Below are positions 1 through 9,051 of a stretch of 64,000 nt of DNA, piece by piece. Source of the stretch: Candidatus Nanohalarchaeota archaeon (GTDB taxonomy: Archaea > Nanohalarchaeota > Nanosalinia > Nanosalinales > Nanosalinaceae). The notes under the pieces are model-generated. The model made no database searches, was not told the DNA's origin, and saw only the letters and a list, made by a program, of their open reading frames with translations. The DNA lies in assembly GCA_022729235.1 (NCBI GenBank), contig JALDAJ010000001.1:352001-416000 (forward strand), in the 5' to 3' direction. Made by a program: the position numbers and the translations under genes. Each line of letters opens with the position of its first letter. Position 1 is the first letter of the stretch.

Positions 1-264
1 CTCGTCCATCGGTAAAGCAGTGTAAACGTAGTAAACGGTCTTGTCAGTCTTACCCTCTCTCATAACCAGGTCCTTGTCGAGCATGTCCTGTAGTGCGCGC
101 TGTACCGTGGATCGGTTCCGGTTAACTCTGGATGCGAGTTCCTGGACGGTGAGTTTGGCATCACGTAATTCATCAAAAGCATCCTGCTGGAGATTATTAA
201 GGTCGAAAACATCGAAAACGATTTCCTCCTCATCCTTCCCGTCCAGATCAAGAAAGTCCATCAT
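1..264 (-). CDS. HTH transcriptional regulator (TrmB-like), runs off the window
   Basis: Manual translation from ATG at 264: MMDFLDLDGKDEEEIVFDVFDLNNLQQDAFDELRDAKLTVQELASRVNRNRSTVQRALQDMLDKDLVMREG...; wHTH pattern TVQELA..RSTVQRAL; not in ORF track. Confidence 0.8.
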   Translation of the reverse strand, partial: MMDFLDLDGKDEEEIVFDVFDLNNLQQDAFDELRDAKLTVQELASRVNRNRSTVQRALQDMLDKDLVMREGKTDKTVYYVYTALPMDE

Positions 265-293
265 CTAGAACATAGGATAATCAAGCATAAAAA

Positions 294-491
294 TCAGCCC
301 CCTGCGATGACATCAAGAATCTTTATCTCATCGCCTTCCTTAAGCTCGTGCTTCCCTGATATCACCGTGCCGTTTCTGGACACCAGTACTTCTTCTCGTT
401 CTATACCTTCCTGATCCAGTAAATCCGATACCGTCGAGCTTCCTTCCAGTTTTACCTCTCTCTCGACCTCTTCTTCGAGGTCGTCTCTCAC
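294..491 (-). CDS. Ubiquitin-like SAMP/ThiS/MoaD sulfur carrier
   Basis: Beta-grasp size, TVSDLL, NG, LKEGDEI and C-terminal IAGG; start may lie slightly upstream (see findings). Confidence 0.85.
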   Translation of the reverse strand: MRDDLEEEVEREVKLEGSSTVSDLLDQEGIEREEVLVSRNGTVISGKHELKEGDEIKILDVIAGG

Positions 492-808
492 TAGCGTGAC
501 CCTGATCCCGGATCACCTCTCTCCTCGATTCTCCTCTCGTATTTTTCCATCGCCGCCTCGAGCGCGTCCTCCACGCTGATGTCGAAACCGTTAGCGACCG
601 CAAGAAGCGAGAACATCACGTCACCTATCTCATCTTTCTTTACTTCCATCTCTTCCGGCGATAATCCGTAGTCGGAGGACTTCGTGACATCCTTTGCGAC
701 CTCTCCTACTTCCGAAACAAGATCGAGAATTCTGAACTCCAGTTCCGAATCCATGTCATGACGAGCCATGAACTCTTCAACCTTCTCCTGATGCGCTCCT
801 AGTTCCAT
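491..808 (-). CDS. MazG-like nucleotide pyrophosphohydrolase
   Basis: Motifs SEVGEVAK and DEIGDVMFSL..AN. Confidence 0.85.
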   Translation of the reverse strand: MELGAHQEKVEEFMARHDMDSELEFRILDLVSEVGEVAKDVTKSSDYGLSPEEMEVKKDEIGDVMFSLLAVANGFDISVEDALEAAMEKYERRIEERGDPGSGSR

Positions 809-843
809 GTACCTGTTTTACCGTTAATCAATAAAAATAGGTT

Positions 844-1017
844 TCACTCATTGCCCTTGACGCCATAGGCATACGCGTAAACGCCGGCTACTCCTCCCAC
901 GAGCGTAGCGTAGAAAACTGTCAACGCAGACATCTGGAATATAATCGCGCCCTCGCCGAGGATAGCCATGCCCAGTAGTGCGGACGCGGCGTACTTGTGT
1001 TCCTCTGATACGTCCAT
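844..1017 (-). CDS. Small membrane protein (57 aa)
   Basis: Manual: MDVSEEHKYAASALLGMAILGEGAIIFQMSALTVFYATLVGGVAGVYAYAYGVKGNE; two hydrophobic segments, GAGG upstream; below ORF-track cutoff. Confidence 0.7.
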   Translation of the reverse strand: MDVSEEHKYAASALLGMAILGEGAIIFQMSALTVFYATLVGGVAGVYAYAYGVKGNE

Positions 1018-1032
1018 AAACCTCGTTTCACC

Positions 1033-1896
1033 TCATACTTCAAGTATTTCCTGTCGCGCAGCGTGGAAAAGATACTCCTGCGCATAACCCGAGTAATCGC
1101 CGAAATAGGACCTCAGATTATGGGATGTCTTCTGGTAGTCCTCAGAATGCAAATCAGGATAATGCTGCTTCACCGCTTTCTGCGCCCAGGTATCGATAGG
1201 GTACGCCTCCAGAAAGTTGAGCGAGAACAAGAGTACGCAGTCCGCCACCTTATCGCCTACCCCGTGAAGCGCCTTCAGTTCTTCCCACGCCTCCTCGTAG
1301 TCTAAATCCTTCATCTCTTCCGGATCAACGACTCCCTCCTGCAGCATCTCTACTGTTTCGACTATGTATTTCGCCCGGTAACCGATACCGAGTTCTCTCA
1401 GCTCTTCCTCTGTCGCTTCCGAAAGCTCCTCCAGCGACGGAAACCTGAAAAGCTCGTTTCCGTCGACCTCTAAGGTTTCCCCGTACTTCCTCGCCATAGA
1501 GTTATGCATCGCCTTTATCCGCGGAATCCTCATCTGCGGCGAGCACAGGTAGCTGATCAGGCACGGGAAGAACTCATCCTGGACAATCCGGAGACCCCAG
1601 AGCTCTTCCTTTGCAAGATCCAGCATCCTGTCCTCAGGAAAAGTGGAGAAAATCTCTTCTAGATTGTAATCAAGTCCCAGCGCCTTTTTCACCTCTTCTC
1701 GTGAGAGTTCAGTCTCGACGAACAGCGTGTCGCCTTCCTGCTCGACAATCAGAGGTTCGCCTTTCCTAACAGTGTAGAATCTCGAACCTCCCTCGCCATA
1801 GAGCTCGCCGTCAATCCTGTGCCAGCAGAAGGTCTGCCCACAGGTCATCGTCAACTCGAGATCAAAGTCTTCAGCAGGAATCGAGAACTGGTTCAT
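1033..1896 (-). CDS. 8-oxoguanine DNA glycosylase (OGG1-type HhH-GPD)
   Basis: TMTCGQTFCW, GIGYRAKYI, GVGDKVADCVLLFSL, PIDTW, GYAQEYLFH; start moved to ATG 1896 (MNQF). Confidence 0.9.
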   Translation of the reverse strand: MNQFSIPAEDFDLELTMTCGQTFCWHRIDGELYGEGGSRFYTVRKGEPLIVEQEGDTLFVETELSREEVKKALGLDYNLEEIFSTFPEDRMLDLAKEELWGLRIVQDEFFPCLISYLCSPQMRIPRIKAMHNSMARKYGETLEVDGNELFRFPSLEELSEATEEELRELGIGYRAKYIVETVEMLQEGVVDPEEMKDLDYEEAWEELKALHGVGDKVADCVLLFSLNFLEAYPIDTWAQKAVKQHYPDLHSEDYQKTSHNLRSYFGDYSGYAQEYLFHAARQEILEV

Positions 1897-1921
1897 GAAG
1901 AATAAGAGATTGCCAATTATT

Positions 1922-2515
1922 TTAACTTCCAGAATCGATTTCAACCCTACTTCTGATTTCAGAGGCGACATCGTCTAAAAGCTCTTCTAGAGACTCTTGT
2001 CCCATTACAGACAGGTCTACGTCACTTCTCATCATCAGGTCTTTTTCCTCTCTGGAGCTTAAGTAGTTCTCATCGTAGCCGAACTCCTCTTCCAGACTAC
2101 AAGCTAGTGCCGCCTTAGCTCTCTCTGCAAAGTACTCGGATACAAGATACTCGCCATATCTTTCAAGCCGTTCTTCTGACCTCTTGGTAAGCTCCTGTAC
2201 CTCTAGTAGAACTTCTAATCTGCGTGACTTTACCGTTTGCCCCAGCCAGTGCCCTATCTCATGCGCCAGAACCTCCTTACTAGGCTCTTCAATAGCTATC
2301 CTTTCCTCATCCGGAATATACATTGCCTCAGTACCGGCTATATAGTAAGCTATAGCATCGTGACTGAAACCTTTGGACGCGTAGTATTCAGCAAGCTTCT
2401 TCCTGTCCCCAACGGTCATCTCATCTATTTCTGGATATCCGCATCTAGGAAAGCCAGATTGTATAGTAGTTCTGACTTCCTCAGACCACCCAAACAAATC
2501 ATCAGCGATTGACAT
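1922..2515 (-). CDS. Hypothetical protein with HExxH zinc-peptidase motif
   Basis: VLAHEIGHW plus downstream SEYFAE. Confidence 0.6.
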   Translation of the reverse strand: MSIADDLFGWSEEVRTTIQSGFPRCGYPEIDEMTVGDRKKLAEYYASKGFSHDAIAYYIAGTEAMYIPDEERIAIEEPSKEVLAHEIGHWLGQTVKSRRLEVLLEVQELTKRSEERLERYGEYLVSEYFAERAKAALACSLEEEFGYDENYLSSREEKDLMMRSDVDLSVMGQESLEELLDDVASEIRSRVEIDSGS

Positions 2516-2544
2516 ATAGAAACCGAGAAAAATTAATCTTTTAC

Positions 2545-2715
2545 CTATTCTTTCGTAAACTTGAAGAATCCCGTGCCCTCGTCCGCCGGCTTTTTCTTCG
2601 TCTTCTTCGCGTCTCGTTTGAGGTAGCTTCTACCGCAGCGGTGACACTCCACGCGTTTCCTCGCCTTGGACCGTTGCTTGAACCCGCAGTCAGGGCACTG
2701 GTAGTAGACAGGCAT
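2545..2715 (-). CDS. Small basic CPxCG zinc-ribbon protein (56 aa)
   Basis: Manual: MPVYYQCPDCGFKQRSKARKRVECHRCGRSYLKRDAKKTKKKPADEGTGFFKFTKE; not in ORF track. Confidence 0.8.
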   Translation of the reverse strand: MPVYYQCPDCGFKQRSKARKRVECHRCGRSYLKRDAKKTKKKPADEGTGFFKFTKE

Positions 2716-2777
2716 ACCTTACATTTGACAGGTAACGGTGAAAAACCTTAATATTAGTGATAATAAAACGGTTTTTG

Positions 2778-3068
2778 ATGAAGAAATCGATTATAAAGGG
2801 TTCAGCAGTAGGAATAGTATTTACAGGTCTCTCATATATCGTCGTAAGATTTATAGGTTTCAAATGGGAGAGTCTTACAGTTTTGATGTATCTCTACGTT
2901 GTTCTCGGCGTTTTAATGGCTGTTATATCCGAGACAGACAACCTAAGTCAGGATTTAGGAGGTATTTTGGACAGGATAGTAGTGGTTGTTGAGGGCGAAG
3001 AACTGGAGCTGAAGAAGCTTGTTTCCGGGGAAAAATATAGGGTGAAAGGAGAGCTAGAGAAGCTCTAG
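2778..3068 (+). CDS. Hypothetical membrane protein (2 TM)
   Basis: Two hydrophobic helices; stop overlaps that of the convergent gene. Confidence 0.55.
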   Translation: MKKSIIKGSAVGIVFTGLSYIVVRFIGFKWESLTVLMYLYVVLGVLMAVISETDNLSQDLGGILDRIVVVVEGEELELKKLVSGEKYRVKGELEKL

Positions 3069-3943
3069 TAGCTCTCCTCGGCGACTTTTACACCTTCAGT
3101 GTCGTAGAGTGTTGCTGTGTCACCACCAGTATTCCAGAGTATTCCTGAATTAAACTCTGCTGGCTCTACGGCATCACCTACTTCATCCGAGCTGCTGGTG
3201 TAGACGTGAAGCGATTCACGCGGCTCGAGAACCACATTCCCGAACTCATGTGAGTAATAGCCGTCTGTAAGCTCCCAGCCGTTAAGGTTCACTTCTTCGA
3301 ACTCGTTGTTGACCAGTACGGCGTGCTGTCTGTCGTTGTCACCGAAGCCTCCGGCAGTCGACTCATTTGCCACAATCTCTACATTAGGAAGCTCCTGTTG
3401 CCTGATCCTTTCGCTTTTATCTTCCAGTTCCTCCTTCTTCTCTTCTAGAATCGGTCTGAGTTCGTGTCGGATTCTCTCTATCTCCTGCCTGTCAGAACCC
3501 GAGAACTGTGTTTTCTCCGCACCGTTCCTGGTCTCTGTCTTCAGTTCTCCATACGGCGTTGAGACTTTCTCGACCTCGGCATCACTTGATTCAACAACCT
3601 TCAGAGTCCCTTTTGATGTGGTGAGAGTCCACTCTGTTCTAGAGGGATGTCTATCGACCTCCAGCTCCGATGTGGGATCTTCTATCGACGCGCTCGCAGA
3701 GTCCGAAGTTATCGATGTCGTGAACTCGCTGAACGCAGTCTTTATAGAAGCCTGGAAGCTGTCCGGAGAGGTGGACCTTGTAACTTTTTCCGGCACATCT
3801 CCCTGGGCGTCTACGTCCGGCATACCTGCAGATATATCTTCTGAAAAGCTTTCAGACATATCAACAGAGCTTGAAGCTGCCGGAACAGCCATTAATCCTA
3901 CAAGTACCGATGCAGCAATTGCTGCGTGATATATAGATGTCAT
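3065..3943 (-). CDS. Secreted/surface protein with C-terminal lamin-tail domain
   Basis: N-terminal signal peptide, coiled-coil segment, LTD motifs VNLNGWELTD and ILWNTGGDTATLYD. Confidence 0.8.
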   Translation of the reverse strand: MTSIYHAAIAASVLVGLMAVPAASSSVDMSESFSEDISAGMPDVDAQGDVPEKVTRSTSPDSFQASIKTAFSEFTTSITSDSASASIEDPTSELEVDRHPSRTEWTLTTSKGTLKVVESSDAEVEKVSTPYGELKTETRNGAEKTQFSGSDRQEIERIRHELRPILEEKKEELEDKSERIRQQELPNVEIVANESTAGGFGDNDRQHAVLVNNEFEEVNLNGWELTDGYYSHEFGNVVLEPRESLHVYTSSSDEVGDAVEPAEFNSGILWNTGGDTATLYDTEGVKVAEESY

Positions 3944-4098
3944 ATTTAGTTATAATACTACACTCTTCTTATAAAACTTTTCGGATTTATACAGCCTACA
4001 AAAACTATAAAATCTCTTTAAACATCAAAAAACTATTTTAAACCGTTTTTATATGCAAAAAATCCATATAAAGAGTTTTCAATACATATAATATCCAT

Positions 4099-5277
4099 TT
4101 ACATCAGACCAGTATAGAAAGCTATAGCCGGGACCAGAAGTACAGCCATGCACGGTGCGCGCTCGCCGCTTAATAGGGCAGCGTAACCTATACAGGTGGC
4201 GGTGAAAAACACCAGGAGCCCCGGAACACCAGTCAGGTACAGAGTTGATGCAGCAAGAACTAGAGCCACCACGTAGAAGATTTTCGCGAAGTCAACCACA
4301 CCGAGAGCCCTCACAAACAATCTAGAGGTCTTGAAAGCGATCAGGGAAGATACCGCGACCGCTACAAGAGAAAGTCCCGCGAGGAACATCACGGTGTAAG
4401 CACCTATCTCGGATATGCTAGCGAGCGCGACCGACGCCCCAGACCGGCTCTTACCGATCATATACAGGGCGAGAAACGAAGTGATTATATCTGACGTATT
4501 GACTCCTCCCATACCCGCAAGGAACTCTCTACGTGAAGACATGATGGGTGCGAGAAAAGAAGTCGAAACCGCCGCACCCAGACCAGGAAATATCCCTGCA
4601 ACGAGACCTGCAAGGAAGCCCGCAATACCGCCTCTGAAAGACTCTCCCGGTTCAAGAGCTACTTCTCGCTGGTCAGGGATATCAAAGCCCGATCTTAATG
4701 CATGTATAACCGCAGGCATCGCGAAAAGCCCTGAAAAAATAGGGACGAGTACGAACTGCTGGTTGACCTGCATGGTAAAAGAGATAACACCCAGCAGCCC
4801 GGAAAGCATAGCGACAACCGCAGAGAACCGGACGTTACTCCTGAAGACTATGAAGAACAGGAAGAATGCCAGCAGATACTCCATAACATCTTCCAGAACG
4901 CCATAAACAGACTCAAGAAAGAGCAGCAGAAACGGCATAGCCAGAGTTAGCGCAATAATCGAGAGCGCACCACCGACAACAGTGTAGTCGAAAGCCTCCA
5001 GCCCTCTCCCGTCAATCGCCATCTCAGTCCCAGGAGGAGACGATAACGCAGTTTCCGCCTCAGGAGCACCGAGAAAAATCGCAGGCAGGAAATCGTGGAA
5101 CGTGTGCGAAACCGATAGACCGGCGACAAGACTCATATAAACCATGAAATCGATATCAAAACCAAAATAAACCGGTAAAGTAGTGAAAACAACTGTATTA
5201 GGATGAATACCAGGAATAAGACCTGTAAAAATACCTATAGTTATTCCAATGCCTAAAAACACCAGGTATTCGAGCAT
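4099..5277 (-). CDS. TctA-family membrane protein (archaeal type)
   Basis: GIFTGLIPGIHPN, FLPAIFLGAP, repeated half with FPGLG. Confidence 0.85.
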   Translation of the reverse strand: MLEYLVFLGIGITIGIFTGLIPGIHPNTVVFTTLPVYFGFDIDFMVYMSLVAGLSVSHTFHDFLPAIFLGAPEAETALSSPPGTEMAIDGRGLEAFDYTVVGGALSIIALTLAMPFLLLFLESVYGVLEDVMEYLLAFFLFFIVFRSNVRFSAVVAMLSGLLGVISFTMQVNQQFVLVPIFSGLFAMPAVIHALRSGFDIPDQREVALEPGESFRGGIAGFLAGLVAGIFPGLGAAVSTSFLAPIMSSRREFLAGMGGVNTSDIITSFLALYMIGKSRSGASVALASISEIGAYTVMFLAGLSLVAVAVSSLIAFKTSRLFVRALGVVDFAKIFYVVALVLAASTLYLTGVPGLLVFFTATCIGYAALLSGERAPCMAVLLVPAIAFYTGLM

Positions 5278-5327
5278 ATTTACAGGGAGCCATCACGGAT
5301 ATAAAAAACACGCTTGAATGTAAACCC

Positions 5328-5639
5328 ATGTTTGGCGGCAAAGACATGTCGAAGATGATGAAACAGATGGGGATGGACCTCGAAGAAATCGATGCAGACA
5401 AAGTAGAAGTAACGGCGGGTGACAAGAAACTGGTTTTCCACTCGCCTGACCTGTCCAAGATAGAGGCGCAGGGACAGGAGATCTTCCAGCTACAGGGCGA
5501 CTACACCGAAGAATCAGCAGGCGTCCCAGACGAAGACGTTGAACTCGTCATGGACAAGACAGGCGCGAGCGAGGAAGAAGCCCGCGAAGCTCTTGAAGGT
5601 ACGGACGACGTCGCTGAAGCCGTAATGGAGCTTCAGTAG
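5328..5639 (+). CDS. nac: Nascent polypeptide-associated complex protein
   Basis: KMMKQMGM..., C-terminal UBA-like EDVELVM..TGASEEEAREAL. Confidence 0.95.
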   Translation: MFGGKDMSKMMKQMGMDLEEIDADKVEVTAGDKKLVFHSPDLSKIEAQGQEIFQLQGDYTEESAGVPDEDVELVMDKTGASEEEAREALEGTDDVAEAVMELQ

Positions 5640-5817
5640 CGTACTATAGAATTTTAAGAAAGATATTCAAAGAATAGTCTACAAGTACGCTATAAAGGTG
5701 TAATTTATCTCTGAACACCACGACATCCTTACTAAGGCTATAAACAAGGAGCTTCACAGGATAAGCGATAAGAAAACAGACTCTTCTTCTTTCAAATCCT
5801 CAAATATACGTTACCGG

Positions 5818-6348
5818 ATGAATGTCAGTGGTAAAACGTATAATGTACAGATAGGTGCGTTCAATCACGATCCCTTTGTCAGGATGTTCAAACAGATTCA
5901 AGAGGACTTCAAAGGCAAAACCGAGAGTTATGACGAATTCCTGCTGGAGAGACTTGAAAAAGTAGCTGTACAGGCAATTCTTTCTAAAGACTCTGAAGTT
6001 TTGAATTCCATTCATAGACTTATCGAGAAAATCCGGGAAATAAAGGAAGTTGATGACTTTGGTTCAGAACTACTGAACCGGATGTACTATCCTGCTTCCG
6101 TAGCAGTCTATATCCCTCGTTTTCCGCGAGCCAGAAAAATTAATTTCCTAGATAATTTACTTCAGAAAAGAGTTACTCCCGACTCAGTATCCATACACTT
6201 CGAGGGAGACAAAATCGGGGAAGTAGAGTCAAACATATTCACGCTCATTCCCGGCAATTACCGGATAGAAGCAATCTACGATGAGAACGAATATCAGTTA
6301 CAGAAAGAGATTTCGGGATCATCTGTTCTCATGCTGAACAAGAAATAA
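5818..6348 (+). CDS. Hypothetical protein, AT-rich, possibly a 5'-truncated remnant
   Basis: 176-aa ORF; frame stays open upstream to TAA at 5701 and again back to 5650. Confidence 0.5.
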   Translation: MNVSGKTYNVQIGAFNHDPFVRMFKQIQEDFKGKTESYDEFLLERLEKVAVQAILSKDSEVLNSIHRLIEKIREIKEVDDFGSELLNRMYYPASVAVYIPRFPRARKINFLDNLLQKRVTPDSVSIHFEGDKIGEVESNIFTLIPGNYRIEAIYDENEYQLQKEISGSSVLMLNKK

Positions 6349-6349
6349 T

Positions 6350-7975
6350 CTATCCGCTATCTTCCAGGTATTCGAGCATCTTGGAGTATGCCGGTCTGGT
6401 GATGGAGATTCCGATGATGATTCCGATAATGGTCGTGGTTGCGAACCCACGGATGTCGATCAGCGCATCGCCTGTTCCAGCAAGAGGGAATGACAGTACT
6501 GCAACCATCGCTGCCAGTGCTCCTATCGCGACGTAGTGCTTGTTGGTGCCGCGAGTGAAGAAGGTGTAACCTATCAGTCCAAGTCCTGCTGCTCCTACTG
6601 CGAGGTTGGCGAAGCTCGGTGAAAGGATAGGTGTCATCGCACCGATTGTCGAAGCGGCTGATGTGAAGATGACGAAGAACGCCTGTTTCATCCGCTCCGT
6701 CCAGGAGCGCACCATCTCACGCCCTGATTCGTCCGTGATGATTATCTGGTCGTCCACTCCTGTACCGACTGCTGCGATTATGCCTGCGACCGCGGAAAGC
6801 GTGAGTTCGCCGACCGTTGAGAACCATATACCGAGCATTATCAGTACCTCGGAAGATCCTGTTATGAACAGTGGTAGCACGATCTTCGGTCGTTTATAGC
6901 GGAGGAAGACTATCATCGCGACTGCTACAAGCGCGAGACCCACTGCAACTATTGAGACTCTCATAAAGTCCGCTCCCAGAGAGGAACCTAGAACCGTCTC
7001 GCTTTCAAGTGAAACAGTTACAGGCAGAGAACCAGACTTCAGGACTGTCTGTATCCTCTCCGCTTCCTGTCGGGCATCCTCTGCCTCGTCCCTTGTTATC
7101 TGTATAGACCGATCCGTACCAGCGCTACCCGGAAGCCCCAGAATATTCAGTTCCGCCCTCATGTCACCGTCAAGGAAGAACCTGAGACCAACGTTTGACC
7201 CGTCTTCGTGAGTCATAGGTGCATCCGGATCCAGCGAGTGGAAGTTGCTGGTTATCATACCGTACCGGTCTCCGGCTTCGTTACTAAGTGTTATCGGGAA
7301 TATTACAGTGGTGCCTTCAGTCCTCTGTCTCTCATCCTGTACATCTACTATCTCGTCCCCGGTGTAGGCCACAACTTCAAGGTTCGCGGTTCCGTCAGTT
7401 TCATTCACGTAGACGAATTCGACCTCGTCAAGCTCGAACCTGTCACCAGGCTGGTAGGTTCCGAGAAGTTCATCGGTTTCGCTGTAAACCTCTACATCAC
7501 TGTTGACACGGTCGAACCTGTACTCATCCTCCAGTTCAAAGTTCTTCGAGTCATGAACTGGCAGCGTCACGCGCGCCTCAAAGGTTCCTTCCTGTGTTAT
7601 AAGCTCCTGTAATGTTTCATCTGTATCCCCAACCTGTGCCGTCACTCTGACCTTCCAGCCGTCGATGTTAACAACGTTGACCGTTGGGTCCATCACCATC
7701 GGTATCTCGTTCGCTCTCAGGTTGAGTACTTCTGCGACGTCCTGCGCCTGCTCTCTCAGTTCCTCTCCTTCCTTGTCGGAGTCGAGCGACAGGAGTATCC
7801 TTGTTCCCCCAGTGAACTCTGTTCCGAGGTTGTCCTCGAGCCCCTTGAAAGCTATGCTGTAATCACCGTCCTCCTGCACCCATGTCGGCTGCATCCCGAT
7901 TATCGATATGCCTATGAAGAACAGCAGTAGTAGTATCCTCCATTCTTTCAGTAGTCCTTTCACATCTAGCTCCAT
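6350..7975 (-). CDS. secD: Protein translocase subunit SecD
   Basis: LGTEFTGGTR, LKSGSLPV, GTGVDDQIIITDE. Confidence 0.9.
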   Translation of the reverse strand: MELDVKGLLKEWRILLLLFFIGISIIGMQPTWVQEDGDYSIAFKGLEDNLGTEFTGGTRILLSLDSDKEGEELREQAQDVAEVLNLRANEIPMVMDPTVNVVNIDGWKVRVTAQVGDTDETLQELITQEGTFEARVTLPVHDSKNFELEDEYRFDRVNSDVEVYSETDELLGTYQPGDRFELDEVEFVYVNETDGTANLEVVAYTGDEIVDVQDERQRTEGTTVIFPITLSNEAGDRYGMITSNFHSLDPDAPMTHEDGSNVGLRFFLDGDMRAELNILGLPGSAGTDRSIQITRDEAEDARQEAERIQTVLKSGSLPVTVSLESETVLGSSLGADFMRVSIVAVGLALVAVAMIVFLRYKRPKIVLPLFITGSSEVLIMLGIWFSTVGELTLSAVAGIIAAVGTGVDDQIIITDESGREMVRSWTERMKQAFFVIFTSAASTIGAMTPILSPSFANLAVGAAGLGLIGYTFFTRGTNKHYVAIGALAAMVAVLSFPLAGTGDALIDIRGFATTTIIGIIIGISITRPAYSKMLEYLEDSG

Positions 7976-9000
7976 ACTTTCACCTGTGAAACGTCTATCG
8001 CAGGGATTTGCCAGTCGTCTTCAACGTATCTCTTGAGTATGTAGGCGTTACCGAACCATGTAAGAGGTATGTCCGCGAGTAGCCCTACCACCATGACCGC
8101 GGCGATCTGGGAGAACGTTGATGAGGCTCCTATCAGCATGTGTGAGGCGATGTAAAGTATGGAGAAGCCTGCTATACCTCCTACGCTCATAGTTATACCT
8201 GTCTTAACCGAGCTCCAGATACGCTCCTGTAGCGATCCACGGCGCTTCTTTAACACTCTAGTGGACAGCACGATGTCTGTGTCCACCGAGTAACCGATAA
8301 GCATCAGAAGTGCTGCGACCGATGCCAGTGTCAGAGGTATTCCGAGCACGTACATCGCGGCAAGCGAGATCATGATGTCGCCCGCCGCCGCGAATATGAC
8401 CGCTACGGAAGGTGTTATATCTTTGAACGCGACGAAAATCACTATACTCATTATGGTGAACGCGAGAACCACTGCCAGAATCGCCTGCTGGAAGAACGCG
8501 GCGGATACCGCGGCTGAAACAGTGTCGATACTTATCTCGTCTGCATCAAGTTCTATACCTAGCTCCCTGAACACCTCCATGATTTCTCCCCGGTCCTCCT
8601 GGTCGTCGATGTCATCCTTTATTGTAACCATAAGGAGTCGGTCGCCATCAGCAGTCTCACCGGTCCGGGCGTCCGCGTCATAGCCTCTGTCTGCAAACGC
8701 TCTCTCGACATCCAGGATTCCTATCTCTCCCTGTATAGGGACTCTTATCTCTGCGCCTCCCGCGAACTCGACACCTTTATCCATCATGTCGCTCGACGCG
8801 ACTGTTACAGAGCGGTTCTCATCTATCTGTATGTACGGCGAATCAGCCGTAGAGAAGTAGCCATACCCGAGAACCAGGACTGCAGCCAGCCAGAGGACTA
8901 CAGGAATGACTGCGTACCTGTCGTAGTTCTCGTAAACGTGGTTAAAGTATGTGTCAAAATCCACAGTCAGAGTTTCCCCATGGAATCCTTTTAAACTCAC
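7966..9000 (-). CDS. secF: Protein translocase subunit SecF
   Basis: GVEFAGG, LMLIGYSVDTDIVL. Confidence 0.92.
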   Translation of the reverse strand: MSLKGFHGETLTVDFDTYFNHVYENYDRYAVIPVVLWLAAVLVLGYGYFSTADSPYIQIDENRSVTVASSDMMDKGVEFAGGAEIRVPIQGEIGILDVERAFADRGYDADARTGETADGDRLLMVTIKDDIDDQEDRGEIMEVFRELGIELDADEISIDTVSAAVSAAFFQQAILAVVLAFTIMSIVIFVAFKDITPSVAVIFAAAGDIMISLAAMYVLGIPLTLASVAALLMLIGYSVDTDIVLSTRVLKKRRGSLQERIWSSVKTGITMSVGGIAGFSILYIASHMLIGASSTFSQIAAVMVVGLLADIPLTWFGNAYILKRYVEDDWQIPAIDVSQVKVWS

Positions 9001-9051
9001 TGGGGCAGTATAAGGGAGGGCATAAAAATATCCTGTTTAAAGAAGAAGATT

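Noticed and set aside
1897-1971. N-terminal extension of the glycosylase
   Set aside because: Overlaps the upstream gene; ATG 1896 fits the family better
3306-3929. 207-aa Ser-rich ORF and many similar S/F/L-rich ORFs in the track
   Set aside because: Antisense shadows of Glu/Asp-rich real genes
4099-5277. Complete tripartite tricarboxylate transporter
   Set aside because: No TctB or TctC nearby; stand-alone TctA is usual in archaea
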